DNA of 63,594 bases, counting the filler. It is 11 parts of 11 records of this genome, joined end to end, with 100 filler letters (N's around TTAATTAATTAA, not from the genome) between each part and the next. Parts side by side here need not be neighbours in the genome. Positions count along the whole stretch, not along the records: positions 16,850 to 22,336 come from SRR31147125_83815; positions 22,437 to 27,476 come from SRR31147125_83872; positions 27,577 to 32,996 come from SRR31147125_83985; 8 more parts are not named here. The stretch is one strand, 5' to 3'. The notes below the pieces were generated by a model. That model was given only the letters and a program-made list of their open reading frames with translations. It was not told the origin of the DNA and made no database searches. The position numbers and the translations under genes were made by a program. The stretch's first letter is position 1. The number at the start of each line of letters is the position of its first letter. This document shows positions 21,401 through 31,587 of this stretch, in pieces.

Positions 21401-22336
21401 AGTTACAGGGAAGTTGGCACATGGCTTGTTCATCGAAAGCGTGGCAGCCTTGCGCGTCGACGTCAGCGTAGAATTGTGGAGACGTTACCAGCACGTACTG
21501 GCAACACAAGTTCCATTTCCATCACAAAGCTCTTGACCCGGTCCGCATGACGTTCCAAACCTGTACGTTACCGATGTTAGATAGTGATGCGCCAAGAATG
21601 CAAGGGCAGTCAAACATACGGGTGGAATGAGCACGACTCATTACAGCATGCAGGGAAAGAACCGTTCACAACCTCACAGGCCTCCAGTTCGTGGAGGATT
21701 CCGTCACCACAACACGGATCGGTTTCCTAGAATGTAGAGAAAGATATCATCAGTCCATAGAACTTCCCAGTTGAATGGGCAACTCCCTACGTGGCGACAT
21801 TCCGAGGATGGCGCACACCACGCGCAAGCGGAAACATTATCACAGGCCTCTTCGGTGAAAAGGATATCCGCACACCCTACCCGGGCAGGACACCATTACG
21901 CGTTTCCTGTACGCGCCAGCCAGAAACACCATACCAACACAGCTGCCATTTCCATTACAGATGCCTGTTTCTTCGCATCGCGTCCCCTCTGGAGCCTTCA
22001 CATCGGCGGGGCATACAGAACTGTTCCCGGTACACGTGTCGTTCTGGAGGGCAGTGGGTTAGCCGTGACTTGTACGATATGAGAACGGGAAACCAACCGC
22101 ATCACAAGCATCCACCGCTGGACGACACACATACTCCACGGGACGAAAGGTACACGTTCTATGGAAGGGGAGCCAGAATTACATGCGGCCACGGAATCCT
22201 CAAGGAATCGACGAACGTGCTATCACAACAGGAAGCAAAGGGTCCCCCGGGACTCTCCGCGTCACACTCTTCATCACCTTCCACAATCCCATCTCCGCAA
22301 ATAGGTCTTCCACACCACACCTGGCTCCCTGTTGGG
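18495..22336 (-). CDS. eukaryotic spliced gene (5' partial): cysteine-rich multi-disintegrin surface protein with Ser/Thr/Pro stalk and GPI-anchor-like tail
   Basis: Removing about 25 GT-AG introns of about 50-62 nt (e.g. 22159-22216, 22044-22097, 21877-21934) gives one open frame with repeated CGDG/CGNG..E.CE modules, five CR....CD..(E/D).CTG....CP.D disintegrin motifs and CxWC modules, ending DVNSASLPSLKECLILTFLVLFVSMAFLLGIHA-TGA. Confidence 0.82.
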
Positions 22337-22436
22337 NNNNNNNNNNNNNNNNNNNNNNNNNNNNNNNNNNNNNNNNNNNNTTAATTAATTAANNNNNNNN
22401 NNNNNNNNNNNNNNNNNNNNNNNNNNNNNNNNNNNN
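22337..22436. other. artificial contig spacer
   Basis: N-run with TTAATTAATTAA. Confidence 0.99.
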
Positions 22437-23125
22437 AAAAAAGCCAGCCAATTCTGCGGTGACCCGGCGGCACCGTGAACAAAAAGAATCGGGATTTTTG
22501 CCGGATCGTAGGGTTCAAGAAAATATACATTGCCGCCGATTTCTTCAAAAAACTCTATGCCGCTCCAAAATCCTTTTTTCCCATACTCATCCGAGAATAG
22601 AAAATCATCCATTTTTGCCATTGCACCCGGACATGTGCTATGGAATTTTTGGTGATTTTTGGGTTGAATCCGGAACCCAACCGGCAAGTCTATTACCGGA
22701 TGATTCTGTTCGGATAGGATAATATCCAAATTGCCGGCCACACCGCCGGTGGGAGGTGAAACTTGCTCCGCAGTGAAAATCTGGCCTGCCGGTTCCCCTT
22801 TGTCATAAATCAAATTTTTGTTCCGATCACCGAACGCAACAATACTATGAATCCCCACGGGAACCATTAATTCATAAGGTCCAGGTTCATGTAGCATCGC
22901 ATAGTGAATGATATTTCTCCTGCCGTCCTTTTTTGAATAGGCGGCGACAACAACCGGCATTTCGTCAAAAGGACGAAAACACGACACGGTACCGACCAAT
23001 ACGATTGACGATTTTGCTATCTTTGTTGCTTCTCTGATCTGCAGCAGTGTACAACCGACCAGCCAAGAAGAGAGTACAAAAAATAAAAGCAAACAACAGA
23101 TCGTTTTTCGGAGTGTACATATCAT
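22437..23125 (-). CDS. lipoprotein with alpha/beta hydrolase (PGAP1/lipase-like) domain, 3' truncated
   Basis: Lipobox LVGC; YFLEPYDPAKIPILFVHGAAGSP oxyanion motif; RBS GGAGG before ATG 23125. Confidence 0.75.
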
Positions 23126-23161
23126 ATCGCTAGTTCCTCCGACCAAATTATTTGTCATTTT

Positions 23162-23791
23162 TCATTTATTTGTCGCAGCGAGTCCAATACCCGCTCCGAT
23201 AAAAGTACTTCCCACCACTTTTTTGATATATTGTCCGACACTTGCCTTGGAAAACAGCGAGACCACCTTCTGGCCGCTGACGGCATAAATCATAAAGCAC
23301 CCAAATGCTATCACGGCGCACAGTCCCAACAAAAGAAAGGATTGCAACAAATATGCTGAATCGAGATCAATGAATTGCGGAAAAATTGCAGTAAAAAAGA
23401 CGATTGCTTTTGGATTTCCGGCAGTTACAAGCATAGACTGAAAATACATTTTTTTCAACGTATTGTTATTATTTGGCGAATTGGAATCATACTTCGGCAC
23501 CAAATCACCTGAAGAGCAAAAGATAGTGATACCGATATAAACAAGGTATGCGGCGCCCGCCCATTTTACGACTTGAAACACAGCTTCGGAGGCAATCAAG
23601 ATGGTCCCCAAACCGGCAATGGAGATCGTTGCTTGCACGAGAGTAACGGTTACATTTCCCAAAGCGGAAACAATCGTTTTTTTGGCCCCGTATTGCATGC
23701 CATGTGTCAGTGCCAACAGCATGCTTGGTCCCGGAATAATGGATGCGACAAAAACCGTCATTGAATATAGGAATATGAAGTGTAGCGTCAT
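23162..23791 (-). CDS. LysE/RhtB family amino-acid exporter
   Basis: IIPGPSML, KWAGAAYLVYIG, GNPKAIVFF. Confidence 0.93.
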   Translation of the reverse strand: MTLHFIFLYSMTVFVASIIPGPSMLLALTHGMQYGAKKTIVSALGNVTVTLVQATISIAGLGTILIASEAVFQVVKWAGAAYLVYIGITIFCSSGDLVPKYDSNSPNNNNTLKKMYFQSMLVTAGNPKAIVFFTAIFPQFIDLDSAYLLQSFLLLGLCAVIAFGCFMIYAVSGQKVVSLFSKASVGQYIKKVVGSTFIGAGIGLAATNK

Positions 23792-24002
23792 GTTTTATCC
23801 TCGCCTTTTAATGATCAAAAAAAGTTCCAGCCATGAACGGCATTTTAAAATTCATCTTGAAAACACAGTGTATTAAGGTTCCTCTCTCGAATGGGAGAAC
23901 ACGGCATCACCGATCCCCAATCCAATGGAACAATCGTAAAAATTTGTCTTGTAATGGTTGTCGCCATGCTGTTTTGTATTCTCCACTCCCCCCGTATAGC
24001 CG

Positions 24003-24554
24003 TTATTCAATTTGCCCTCCACTTGACTCTGAATCATTTTTCACAATTGAGAGCATCTCTTTCCGAACAAGGCCGCTAAACGGTTTGATGATAAACCAGT
24101 AGAGACCAAAGGTAATTTTTGACAACCGACTTACGCACAAAACCCTGGTTTCGGTACTCAATCGTGTCTGTTTTGAATTGAGTTGTTCTAAATGAAAATT
24201 CCAGACACCTTTTACCCTGGGGGAAACGGCATCTTGAATAAAGTCTTCATAGCTTGAAATCGGTAGAATTCTTGTCTTTACCCAAAATCCTATCAAGTTT
24301 TCCGTTGGATAATTTTCTTCAAGATTTGTAAACCCGATGTCCGTGATAAACTCCTGTAGCCTTAACCGTTTTGTAGGCAGCCCTCTTAATTTAAACAAGA
24401 GTGAGATTCGTTTTGATTTTGATAAGTCAACATTTTTAGCCGAGTGGTAAACATTTTCGATTGAATTATTGATGAGAATTTCATGGTATTCATTAAATGA
24501 AAAATGGGGTAAATATTTGTCGATTAAAGAATTATCAGCCATGATCGGCCTCAT
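24003..24554 (-). CDS. hypothetical protein (DUF2867-like)
   Basis: LIDKYLPHFSFNEYH, LFKLRG, WNF...LSTETRV...F..YW..IKPFSGLVR. Confidence 0.65.
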   Translation of the reverse strand: MRPIMADNSLIDKYLPHFSFNEYHEILINNSIENVYHSAKNVDLSKSKRISLLFKLRGLPTKRLRLQEFITDIGFTNLEENYPTENLIGFWVKTRILPISSYEDFIQDAVSPRVKGVWNFHLEQLNSKQTRLSTETRVLCVSRLSKITFGLYWFIIKPFSGLVRKEMLSIVKNDSESSGGQIE

Positions 24555-24569
24555 TGGGTAAAATTTTTA

Positions 24570-25025
24570 TCATTCTGATCCCCTTAAGGTCAGCGCACTT
24601 TCAAGGATGGTTAGCATCTTATCTATTTCATCATAAGTCTCATTCAGTGAAGGCATAAATCGAATCATATTGGGTCGAGGAGCGTTAAGAATCAATCCCG
24701 CCGCCAACACGCGCTCAACGATCTTTAAGGCAATGTCCTCTTTAAGATCCAATGCCATCAAAAGTCCACGCCCACGAACATCCCCTAATGAATAACGATG
24801 TGATAACTCGGATATGCCTTGCATCATGTATTTACCGAGCGATTCAACTTTTTCCAGAAAGCCGGGGCTCACCACAACATTCATCACAGCACACCCGACA
24901 GCCGTCATGAGCGGATTACCATTGAACGTCCCCCCTTGATCGCCATGCTCAAAACAAGAGGTTGTTTGATTTGCGACCAATGCCGCTAAAGGAACACCCC
25001 CTCCAAGCATTTTCCTTTTCCGCAA
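24570..25025 (-). pseudogene. argD: 3' fragment of acetylornithine aminotransferase (class III)
   Basis: Only the C-terminal ~150 aa (LGGGVPLAAL, GGTFNGNPL, VRGRGLL, IRFMPSL); upstream DNA is unrelated and no N-terminal half is present. Confidence 0.75.
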
Positions 25026-25394
25026 AGAAATACGAGAGGAGGACGTGACGTTATATTCATCAATTCATTGGAAATAAATTTTTCTTTTTGCATTGTTACA
25101 TATCCATCAATCTAGTAAATTCATAACATATCAATATCCTGTATCACAGTATCAGCGCGAACACCGATAAAGCTGCGGCACCCATGGGACTGAAGCCTAA
25201 TCGATAATAAGCGGTGAATTATAAACCTCATACCATTGTTTTTCCAATATGCAAAGATCCATGTTCCGTCATCAGAATATTGAAAAGAGACATAGCCTTA
25301 CACTTCGTGATTGAAACAACCAATTGGACTTTGTTATTCCAATTTTCGTATACAATTTAAATTCGTTAATTTTTTAATTAAAGGAATTTCCACG

Positions 25395-26160
25395 ATGGCT
25401 AACAGGAACAAAATGTTTGTCGGCATGTTGTTTGGGGTATGTCTAATACTGATTTCACAAGATTGCATGGCAATTCGGTTCCAACAAAATGCCTACCCGA
25501 ATGGTGAACTTCTGGTATCGGCGGATCATCTCGAAGCACTAAAGAATGAAGAGGGGTTAGTCATTATTGACGCCCGTTCGTCCGGCTATGAAACCGCCCA
25601 TATTCCCGGTGCCATCAGTATTCCTTTGCATACGTTGGATACAACAACTCCCGAGGGCGGGATATACTCCCTGGACCCGCCCGGAAGACGGTATGCTGCT
25701 CGATCCTGCCACACTCCAGGGCGTAATTGAAACCTACGGCATCACGCATGACACGATGGTGATTGTATACAACGGTGAAAAATCCTATATCGGAGGTGCA
25801 TATCGTGTCGCATGGGCATTGATGTATGCAGGTGTCGAAGATGTGCGTTATCTTAACGGCGATCTTGATCTATGGCGGGAGAGTGGCGGTGCGATTGAGA
25901 CGACCACGAACCATCCTGTTCCGGTTGACGATTTCGGCGTAACCGTCCCTGTTCACCCTGAGTATTATGCGAGTATCGAAGATATTAGGCAAATGGTCGA
26001 TGATCCAACCGCCGTCATCGGTGATGATCGCAGCTGGATTGATACTCGAATGACTCGTTTCCGTCAAAACCGGTCCAATCCTACATTTAAACCACCAACC
26101 CGGCACAATAACCCGATGACCACGCCCATTGGAGATTATATCCTCCCAGCCGGCCGGTGA
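25395..26160 (+). pseudogene. exported rhodanese-like sulfurtransferase, frameshifted and truncated in the second domain
   Basis: Signal peptide; IIDAR..YETAHIPGA; GITHDTMVIVY, AYRVAWALMYAG.EDVRYLNG. Frameshift near 25660; homology stops after IGDDRSW (about 26040), where the ORF runs into the antisense of the next gene. Confidence 0.7.
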
Positions 26161-27366
26161 CATCCAGCACCTCTCCAATGAAATAAAGCCCCGAAGTGTT
26201 TTTTGCTTCCAAGGTTTTGGATGAAATGTGATGACAATCCACTCCGCCCACCGTCACCTCTGCGGTGCGGTTTCCTTCCGTACCGCCGGGTTTTAACTGC
26301 CACTCATGGAAAAAGGATGCCATCCTATCCAGCTGTTCATGGCTAAATGAGGCAATGGGACGCTTTACGGTACACTTCTGTAATTCCCCTTGAAGCCCTT
26401 GTTTGCTCTGCTGTCCACGCCCTTGTTGACATTCCCATTGAATACGGATATCGACCAGACGCTTTGGAAGGAATTTATATAGAACGGATTTCAAGTGTTG
26501 TTTGGGACGTTTTGCCTGAGTTTTTTTAGGATGTTTCTGAGATCATCGTACGGCAGAAGATCTATGATGATGGATTGTCCCGATTGCCAATAGGATGAAA
26601 TTTGCAAAATGACGGGACCGCTGATGCCTCTGTGGGTGAAGAGCAGCTTTTCGTTGAATCCGACAGAAGAAAGACTCACCTTTGCATCTACGGAAATTCC
26701 GGACAGCGATTGCAGGATTTTCTTATCGTTTGGCTGCAATGTAAACGGAACAAGGCCGGGGCGAATAGGAGTCACCGGAATATCGAATTGCTCGGCGACT
26801 TTGTATCCAAATGGGGTTGCTCCCACACCGGGGATGGAAACACCGCCTGTGGCGATGACCAATGAGTGAGTCTCAATTTCCCCGGATTTCGTATATATTC
26901 GAAATTGTACTGAAGATCCTTTCAATGGGTCTTTGGATGCCTCGTTCAACGAAACCCGTTCAATTTTTATCACCGTCATATTCAGAGAGATTCCGACCTT
27001 TGCCTTTCGGCACTCCGTTAGAAGCATGTCCAAAATCTGCGACGCACTGTCCGTACAAAACAGCTGTCCGTGATCTCTCTCTTCCCAGGATATATTGTAT
27101 CGGTCCACTTGTTCCAGAAAATCCAACGGGGAATATCTGCTGACGGCCGACTTGCAAAAATGAGCATTGGATGAAATGAAATGATCGGCAGAGACCTGCA
27201 AATTGGTAAAATTGCACCGCCCTCCCCCGGAGATCAATATTTTCCGCCCCGGTTTTGGCCCATGGTCCAGAACCAGGACTTTTCGTCCTCTTTTTCCTGC
27301 CTGAGCGGCGCACATCAACCCGGAGGCACCGGCACCGATAATCACAACATCAACTTTTTTTTGCAT
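26087..27366 (-). CDS. HI0933/YhiN family NAD(P)/FAD-dependent oxidoreductase, frameshift in A-run near 26525
   Basis: IIGAGASG, GRKILISGGGRCNFTN, LFTHRGISGP, AEVTVGGV, GEVLDVTGRLGGYNLQWAWSSG. Confidence 0.92.
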
Positions 27367-27476
27367 TTACAACTCCCATAAAAATTGGAATTCTGAATGC
27401 GGAAAACGTCACCTACCGTCAAGCAGACTCATTGGGGAATGTTCTTCCCCTAAGGAATGAGTCCGAAATAACTTAT

Positions 27477-27576
27477 NNNNNNNNNNNNNNNNNNNNNNNN
27501 NNNNNNNNNNNNNNNNNNNNTTAATTAATTAANNNNNNNNNNNNNNNNNNNNNNNNNNNNNNNNNNNNNNNNNNNN
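27477..27576. other. artificial contig spacer
   Basis: N-run with TTAATTAATTAA. Confidence 0.99.
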
Positions 27577-28429
27577 GGGCCTGGTAGGAAAAAGCGCCAT
27601 CTTTTCGTCGAGGTCCATTTTAATCCGGCGGTAGATCTCCGTAGAGATGCCCGAATAGATTCGCTCGATCAGCTGCTTGTATTGATCAGCGTCAAACAGC
27701 TCATCGAACCGATCCGGTTCGCAAAGCGTGTCGCAATCTTTCAGTTTGTACTTAATCGATTTGGCCAAGGTCTCGGGCCGGTCAGGGGCGCCTACGCGAA
27801 CACGCGGCATCACCTGAACGACACACTCACCCCTTCTCTCCTCACGGACCGTAAAAGCACCGCTGATATGAATATGGGAAGAGAGGTTCTTGCGGGCCGC
27901 CTCGTCCAAAAGGTCTGTATTGAGCAGAGAGTCTTTTGATCCTTTCGTTAAGCCTCTCCATTAGATCGTGATGAATCAGGTGGTGAAATCGATCCTCCGC
28001 CCCGATCTGATAGGTTTCTTTTTCTGTGTCTCTGACATGTTTGAATGGCTCGATCCAGAAGGTATAGCGGAATGGCTCTTCGGAGTATCGAAATAGAAAC
28101 TGGGTCCGTTTGAGCAGCAAGTAGAAAATAAAACTCCAAACAACGATGAAGAATCCTGCCAACTCCCAGTCCGGAGAGGGGTACCGTTCAATGGCCGCTT
28201 CAAAGTTTGAGGCGGAAAGAACAATGAAATTGAAAAAGTTGAGCACGCTTTGGATGATGCTATCAAAGGAGCGGCCGCTCAGCTTCACCATGATGATCTG
28301 CAGAATCGCCAGGGCCACCGCAATGGTAAGGCTCACATTTTCAGTCCGTTTGCGACGGCGCAGGCGCTCCTCAATACCTTGAATCAGTTTGATCCGGCCA
28401 TCGCCGGGAAGTATATCGGACAACTTCAT
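27577..28429 (-). CDS. hypothetical membrane protein (frameshift near 27925; 3' truncated)
   Basis: ORFs 27842-28429 (2 TM) and 27529-27909 join as ...RIKRLS(L)LNTDLLDEAARK... Confidence 0.6.
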
Positions 28430-28665
28430 GCTTGGCTCCTTCAGGTGGCAAATGGGCAGTCAGCTTCTGTTTTTAATCCTGTCGAAAGCTACCCGGAATC
28501 AATGCAACGTGAGGTGCAACAACACGAGACCAATGGCAAAGAGATAGAATGAATCTTCCATAGTACGGGGAGAGCGAGGTCGTACAGCTGTAACCTACTA
28601 TATTAACAACTAATGCAACACTGGGTGATGTGCAAGGCTTTTTTGGTGGCTGGAAGGGGAAGATG

Positions 28666-28688
28666 GGGGTGGCGGTTGTCGCCACCCC
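28666..28688 (-). terminator. hairpin after the ferredoxin gene (possible terminator)
   Basis: GGGGTGGCG-GTTGT-CGCCACCCC; U-tract weak. Confidence 0.45.
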
Positions 28689-28718
28689 TTGAAAAGAATC
28701 TGGTTGGATTGGACGTGC

Positions 28719-28910
28719 TCACTCGGTTTCCCATGCGATCACGTCCTCAGGGCAATACTTGATCGCCTCGTCCACGCAAGCTTCGGGATACTCGTCCAGG
28801 TCGGCCACGGCGATGTAGCCGGCGTCGTTCATGTTGAACACCTCGGGGCATACGGCCACGCACCCCATGCAGAGCGTGCAGGTGGAAAGATCCACGACAG
28901 GCCGCCTCAC
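28719..28910 (-). CDS. single-cluster [4Fe-4S] ferredoxin
   Basis: CTLCMGCVAVCPEVF...CP; GTG start overlaps the fprA stop. Confidence 0.92.
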   Translation of the reverse strand: MRRPVVDLSTCTLCMGCVAVCPEVFNMNDAGYIAVADLDEYPEACVDEAIKYCPEDVIAWETE

Positions 28911-30100
28911 GCAGGCACCTGTTCGTTAATGGCGCGACCAATGGCCTGGCCGAAGGCGAAGCTCTCTTCAAGAGCGCCTGTGGACGGCACATACTGGTGG
29001 CGGACCGGATCGACGATGTCAAACTTCATCTCCTCCAGCTCCTGGGTGATCTGCTTGGCGGCCTCGCCGCTCCATCCATAGGAGCCGAAAGCGGCGCCGA
29101 TTTTATTGGTCGGTTTTAGGCCCTTCATATAAGTAAGAAAATCGCTGATCGTGGGAAAGAGGCCGTTGTTTAAGGTTGGGGACCCCACGATCACGGCTTT
29201 GGCATCCAGCACGGCGGTCATGATGTCGCTGCGATGCCACTTGCGCAGATACATGGGGCGTACAGCGATGCCCTCTGCGTAAAGCCCCTGGGCTATGGCA
29301 TCGGCCATCCGTTCGGTACTGTGCCACATGGTATCGTAGACCAATACGGCCTTGCGTTTGGGTGTCTGTTTGCCCCACTCGACATAGGCGTTGATTATCT
29401 TTTCAGGCTCTTTGCGCCAGATCACGCCGTGATCCGGACAAATCATCTTGATCTCAAGCCCCATCTGTACAATTTTGTCGACCAGCTTCAAAATGAGGGG
29501 GCCGTAAAGCATCAGGATGTTGGCAAAGTACTTTTTAGCGTGGGGCATGATGGTGTGGCCCACCACATCATCGAACTTTTCGAAGCCGGCGTAATGCTGA
29601 CCGAAGCCATCGCTTGAGAAGAGAATTTTATCTTCCTTGATATAGGTGAACATGCTGTCGGGCCAATGCACCATGCGCGTCTCAATAAAAGAGAGGGTAC
29701 GGCTGCCAAGGCTGATCTCCTGGCCGTTTTTAACGGCCTGGTAGTTGAGCTCGCTCGTAAAGTGCATGGCAAGATTCTTGGCACCCATTTTGGAGCAGTA
29801 GATGGGCTTCTCTTCTCCGATGCGATGCATCACCCGTGCAAGTCCTCCGGAGTGATCCATCTCGGTGTGATTGCTGACCACAAAATCAATTTTAAGCGGA
29901 TCGACAATCTGCTCGATGTTGGCAATCAGCTGATCGGCAAACTCCTTTTTGACCGCATCTATCAGAACGATCTTATCATCGACAATGAGATAAGCATTGT
30001 AACTCGTTCCCAGAGGTGTGGAGTAGCCGTGAAAGTCCTCTATGTTCCAGTCGTTAACACCAACGTCGTAAATGCCTTTTGCGATTTCAATGGGTTTCAT
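28907..30100 (-). CDS. fprA: flavodiiron protein (FprA / rubredoxin:oxygen oxidoreductase)
   Basis: GTSYNAYL, NHTEMDHSG, HWPDSM, SSDGFGQH, CPDHG; flavodoxin YDTMWHSTE and AFGSYGWSGE. Confidence 0.96.
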   Translation of the reverse strand: MKPIEIAKGIYDVGVNDWNIEDFHGYSTPLGTSYNAYLIVDDKIVLIDAVKKEFADQLIANIEQIVDPLKIDFVVSNHTEMDHSGGLARVMHRIGEEKPIYCSKMGAKNLAMHFTSELNYQAVKNGQEISLGSRTLSFIETRMVHWPDSMFTYIKEDKILFSSDGFGQHYAGFEKFDDVVGHTIMPHAKKYFANILMLYGPLILKLVDKIVQMGLEIKMICPDHGVIWRKEPEKIINAYVEWGKQTPKRKAVLVYDTMWHSTERMADAIAQGLYAEGIAVRPMYLRKWHRSDIMTAVLDAKAVIVGSPTLNNGLFPTISDFLTYMKGLKPTNKIGAAFGSYGWSGEAAKQITQELEEMKFDIVDPVRHQYVPSTGALEESFAFGQAIGRAINEQVPA

Positions 30101-30202
30101 TGCTCTTTTCCTTCAATTGATTCTAAACGTTCAAATGGGGGTTCACTATGACCCTGTCAAGTTCCGTTTCCGGGGATAGCCCGGGGACCTTTCAAGCCAC
30201 AG

Positions 30203-30272
30203 GGAGTTCGGAAAGCGCACCGCTTAGCAGCCATTTCGCACTGCACGCCGCAATGCGCTTTCCGAACGCTCC
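30203..30272. repeat. long inverted repeat between rubredoxin and fprA
   Basis: GTTCGGAAAGCGCA (30206-30219) pairs perfectly with TGCGCTTTCCGAAC (30254-30267), extendable by GGA/TCC across a 2-nt bulge. Confidence 0.8.
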
Positions 30273-30304
30273 GCAAGACCGGTCATAAAGACAGAAAAAT
30301 GGCA

Positions 30305-30335
30305 ATGCCCTTTCTACGCTGTATAAAAAGGGCAT
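30305..30335 (-). terminator. probable terminator after rubredoxin
   Basis: ATGCCCTTT...AAAGGGCAT stem; T-rich run shortly downstream on the minus strand. Confidence 0.55.
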
Positions 30336-30356
30336 CGGCACTCAAACGGTTTGGAT

Positions 30357-30518
30357 CTATTCCTCTTTTTCAAAATCGTCTTTGGACGCACCGCAAATCG
30401 GGCACTCCCAATCGTCGGGAACGTCTTCGAATTTGGTGCCGGCAGCCACGCCGTTGTCCGGATCGCCCTGCTCAGGATCATACACATAGCCGCAAATCGT
30501 GCATACATAACGGTCCAT
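30357..30518 (-). CDS. rub: rubredoxin
   Basis: [23 protein letters not shown]...[19 protein letters not shown]. Confidence 0.97.
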   Translation of the reverse strand: MDRYVCTICGYVYDPEQGDPDNGVAAGTKFEDVPDDWECPICGASKDDFEKEE

Positions 30519-30609
30519 TTTATTCATCCTCCTTGTGTCGTTGTCCGTTTTCGTTGTCCATACCCATATCAGCAGGTATACCGATTGTCCAATCCGCCCC
30601 CGGCGCAAC

Positions 30610-31581
30610 TTACGCAGAGGACGCGATAAGCGCCTTCACTTTTGCCTCGATCTCATCGCGCACCCGGCGCATGGTCTCCATGGACTGCCCGGCCGGATCG
30701 GGCAGGTCCCAATCCTCGCGTATCACATTCGGCACCACAGGACACGCTTCGCCACACCCCATCGTGACAATGATCTCGGGCTTATGGCCGGCAATGGCAT
30801 CCTTGAGGGTTCGCGTCACAGCAAAGCCCATGTCGATACCCTTCTCCTGCATCGCCTCGACCATGGCAGGGTTGACCTGGGCAGCTGCTTCGCTGCCACT
30901 GCTGACCGCGTCCAACTGCGCCCCGCCATATAGACGCGCAAAGGCAGCCGCCATCTGGCTGCGGCAGGCATTTTCCCTACAGGCAAAGAGCACCCGCCGT
31001 CGGCCAATCAGATCTTGGGTCAACGCCCGGGCCGCTTCAGCCACATCCGCTTTCATGGTCGGATGGTCCTGAATCTGACCACGGCTTTCGATTCGCCGGT
31101 AGGTCAAACTGCCGGCAAACTTGGCACTGATCCCGTCATAAAAGTATTTGGCGGTCAGATTCACGCCGTCGAAAAGCTGCTTGCCGGCGGTGGCACCAAC
31201 AGAGAGCACAAAGCCGCGCCGTACATCGTGACCGGGATCCTTGAGCTTCAGCATATATTTGCGGGCCCAAAGCGTCTGGCAACGGTCAATCAGTGCTTTC
31301 AGCTGGGCGGTGACATTGTAGAAAAAGATCGGCGATGCTGTAATTACGATGTCGGCTCTGCGCAGCACTCCGAAAATCTCCTTGCCCATATCATCTTCAA
31401 TAGGGCACACACCGCGCTTTTCACACACCGTCAGCTCCTTGCACGGTTCGATATGGCGGCGGCAAACGTCGACGGTGTGCGTTTCGATTCCGAGACGCCC
31501 AAGCTCCTGCATGAAGGCATTCAGGAGCAGTTCACTGTTGCCCTTCCTGCGAGGGCTGCCTTGAAGGCCCAGAGCCAGCAT
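30610..31581 (-). CDS. iron-sulfur flavoprotein-like (flavodoxin/FMN reductase) domain fused to ArsC/LMW-PTP domain
   Basis: N-terminal [36 protein letters not shown]-terminal [28 protein letters not shown]. Confidence 0.9.
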   Translation of the reverse strand: MLALGLQGSPRRKGNSELLLNAFMQELGRLGIETHTVDVCRRHIEPCKELTVCEKRGVCPIEDDMGKEIFGVLRRADIVITASPIFFYNVTAQLKALIDRCQTLWARKYMLKLKDPGHDVRRGFVLSVGATAGKQLFDGVNLTAKYFYDGISAKFAGSLTYRRIESRGQIQDHPTMKADVAEAARALTQDLIGRRRVLFACRENACRSQMAAAFARLYGGAQLDAVSSGSEAAAQVNPAMVEAMQEKGIDMGFAVTRTLKDAIAGHKPEIIVTMGCGEACPVVPNVIREDWDLPDPAGQSMETMRRVRDEIEAKVKALIASSA

Positions 31582-31587
31582 TTATCG

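Noticed and set aside
16850-22336. Fragmented Cys-rich ORFs as an alternative genetic code, a giant-virus gene or a decayed myxobacterial gene
   Set aside because: The stops and frame changes fall within short GT-AG introns, and the exons join in the standard code.
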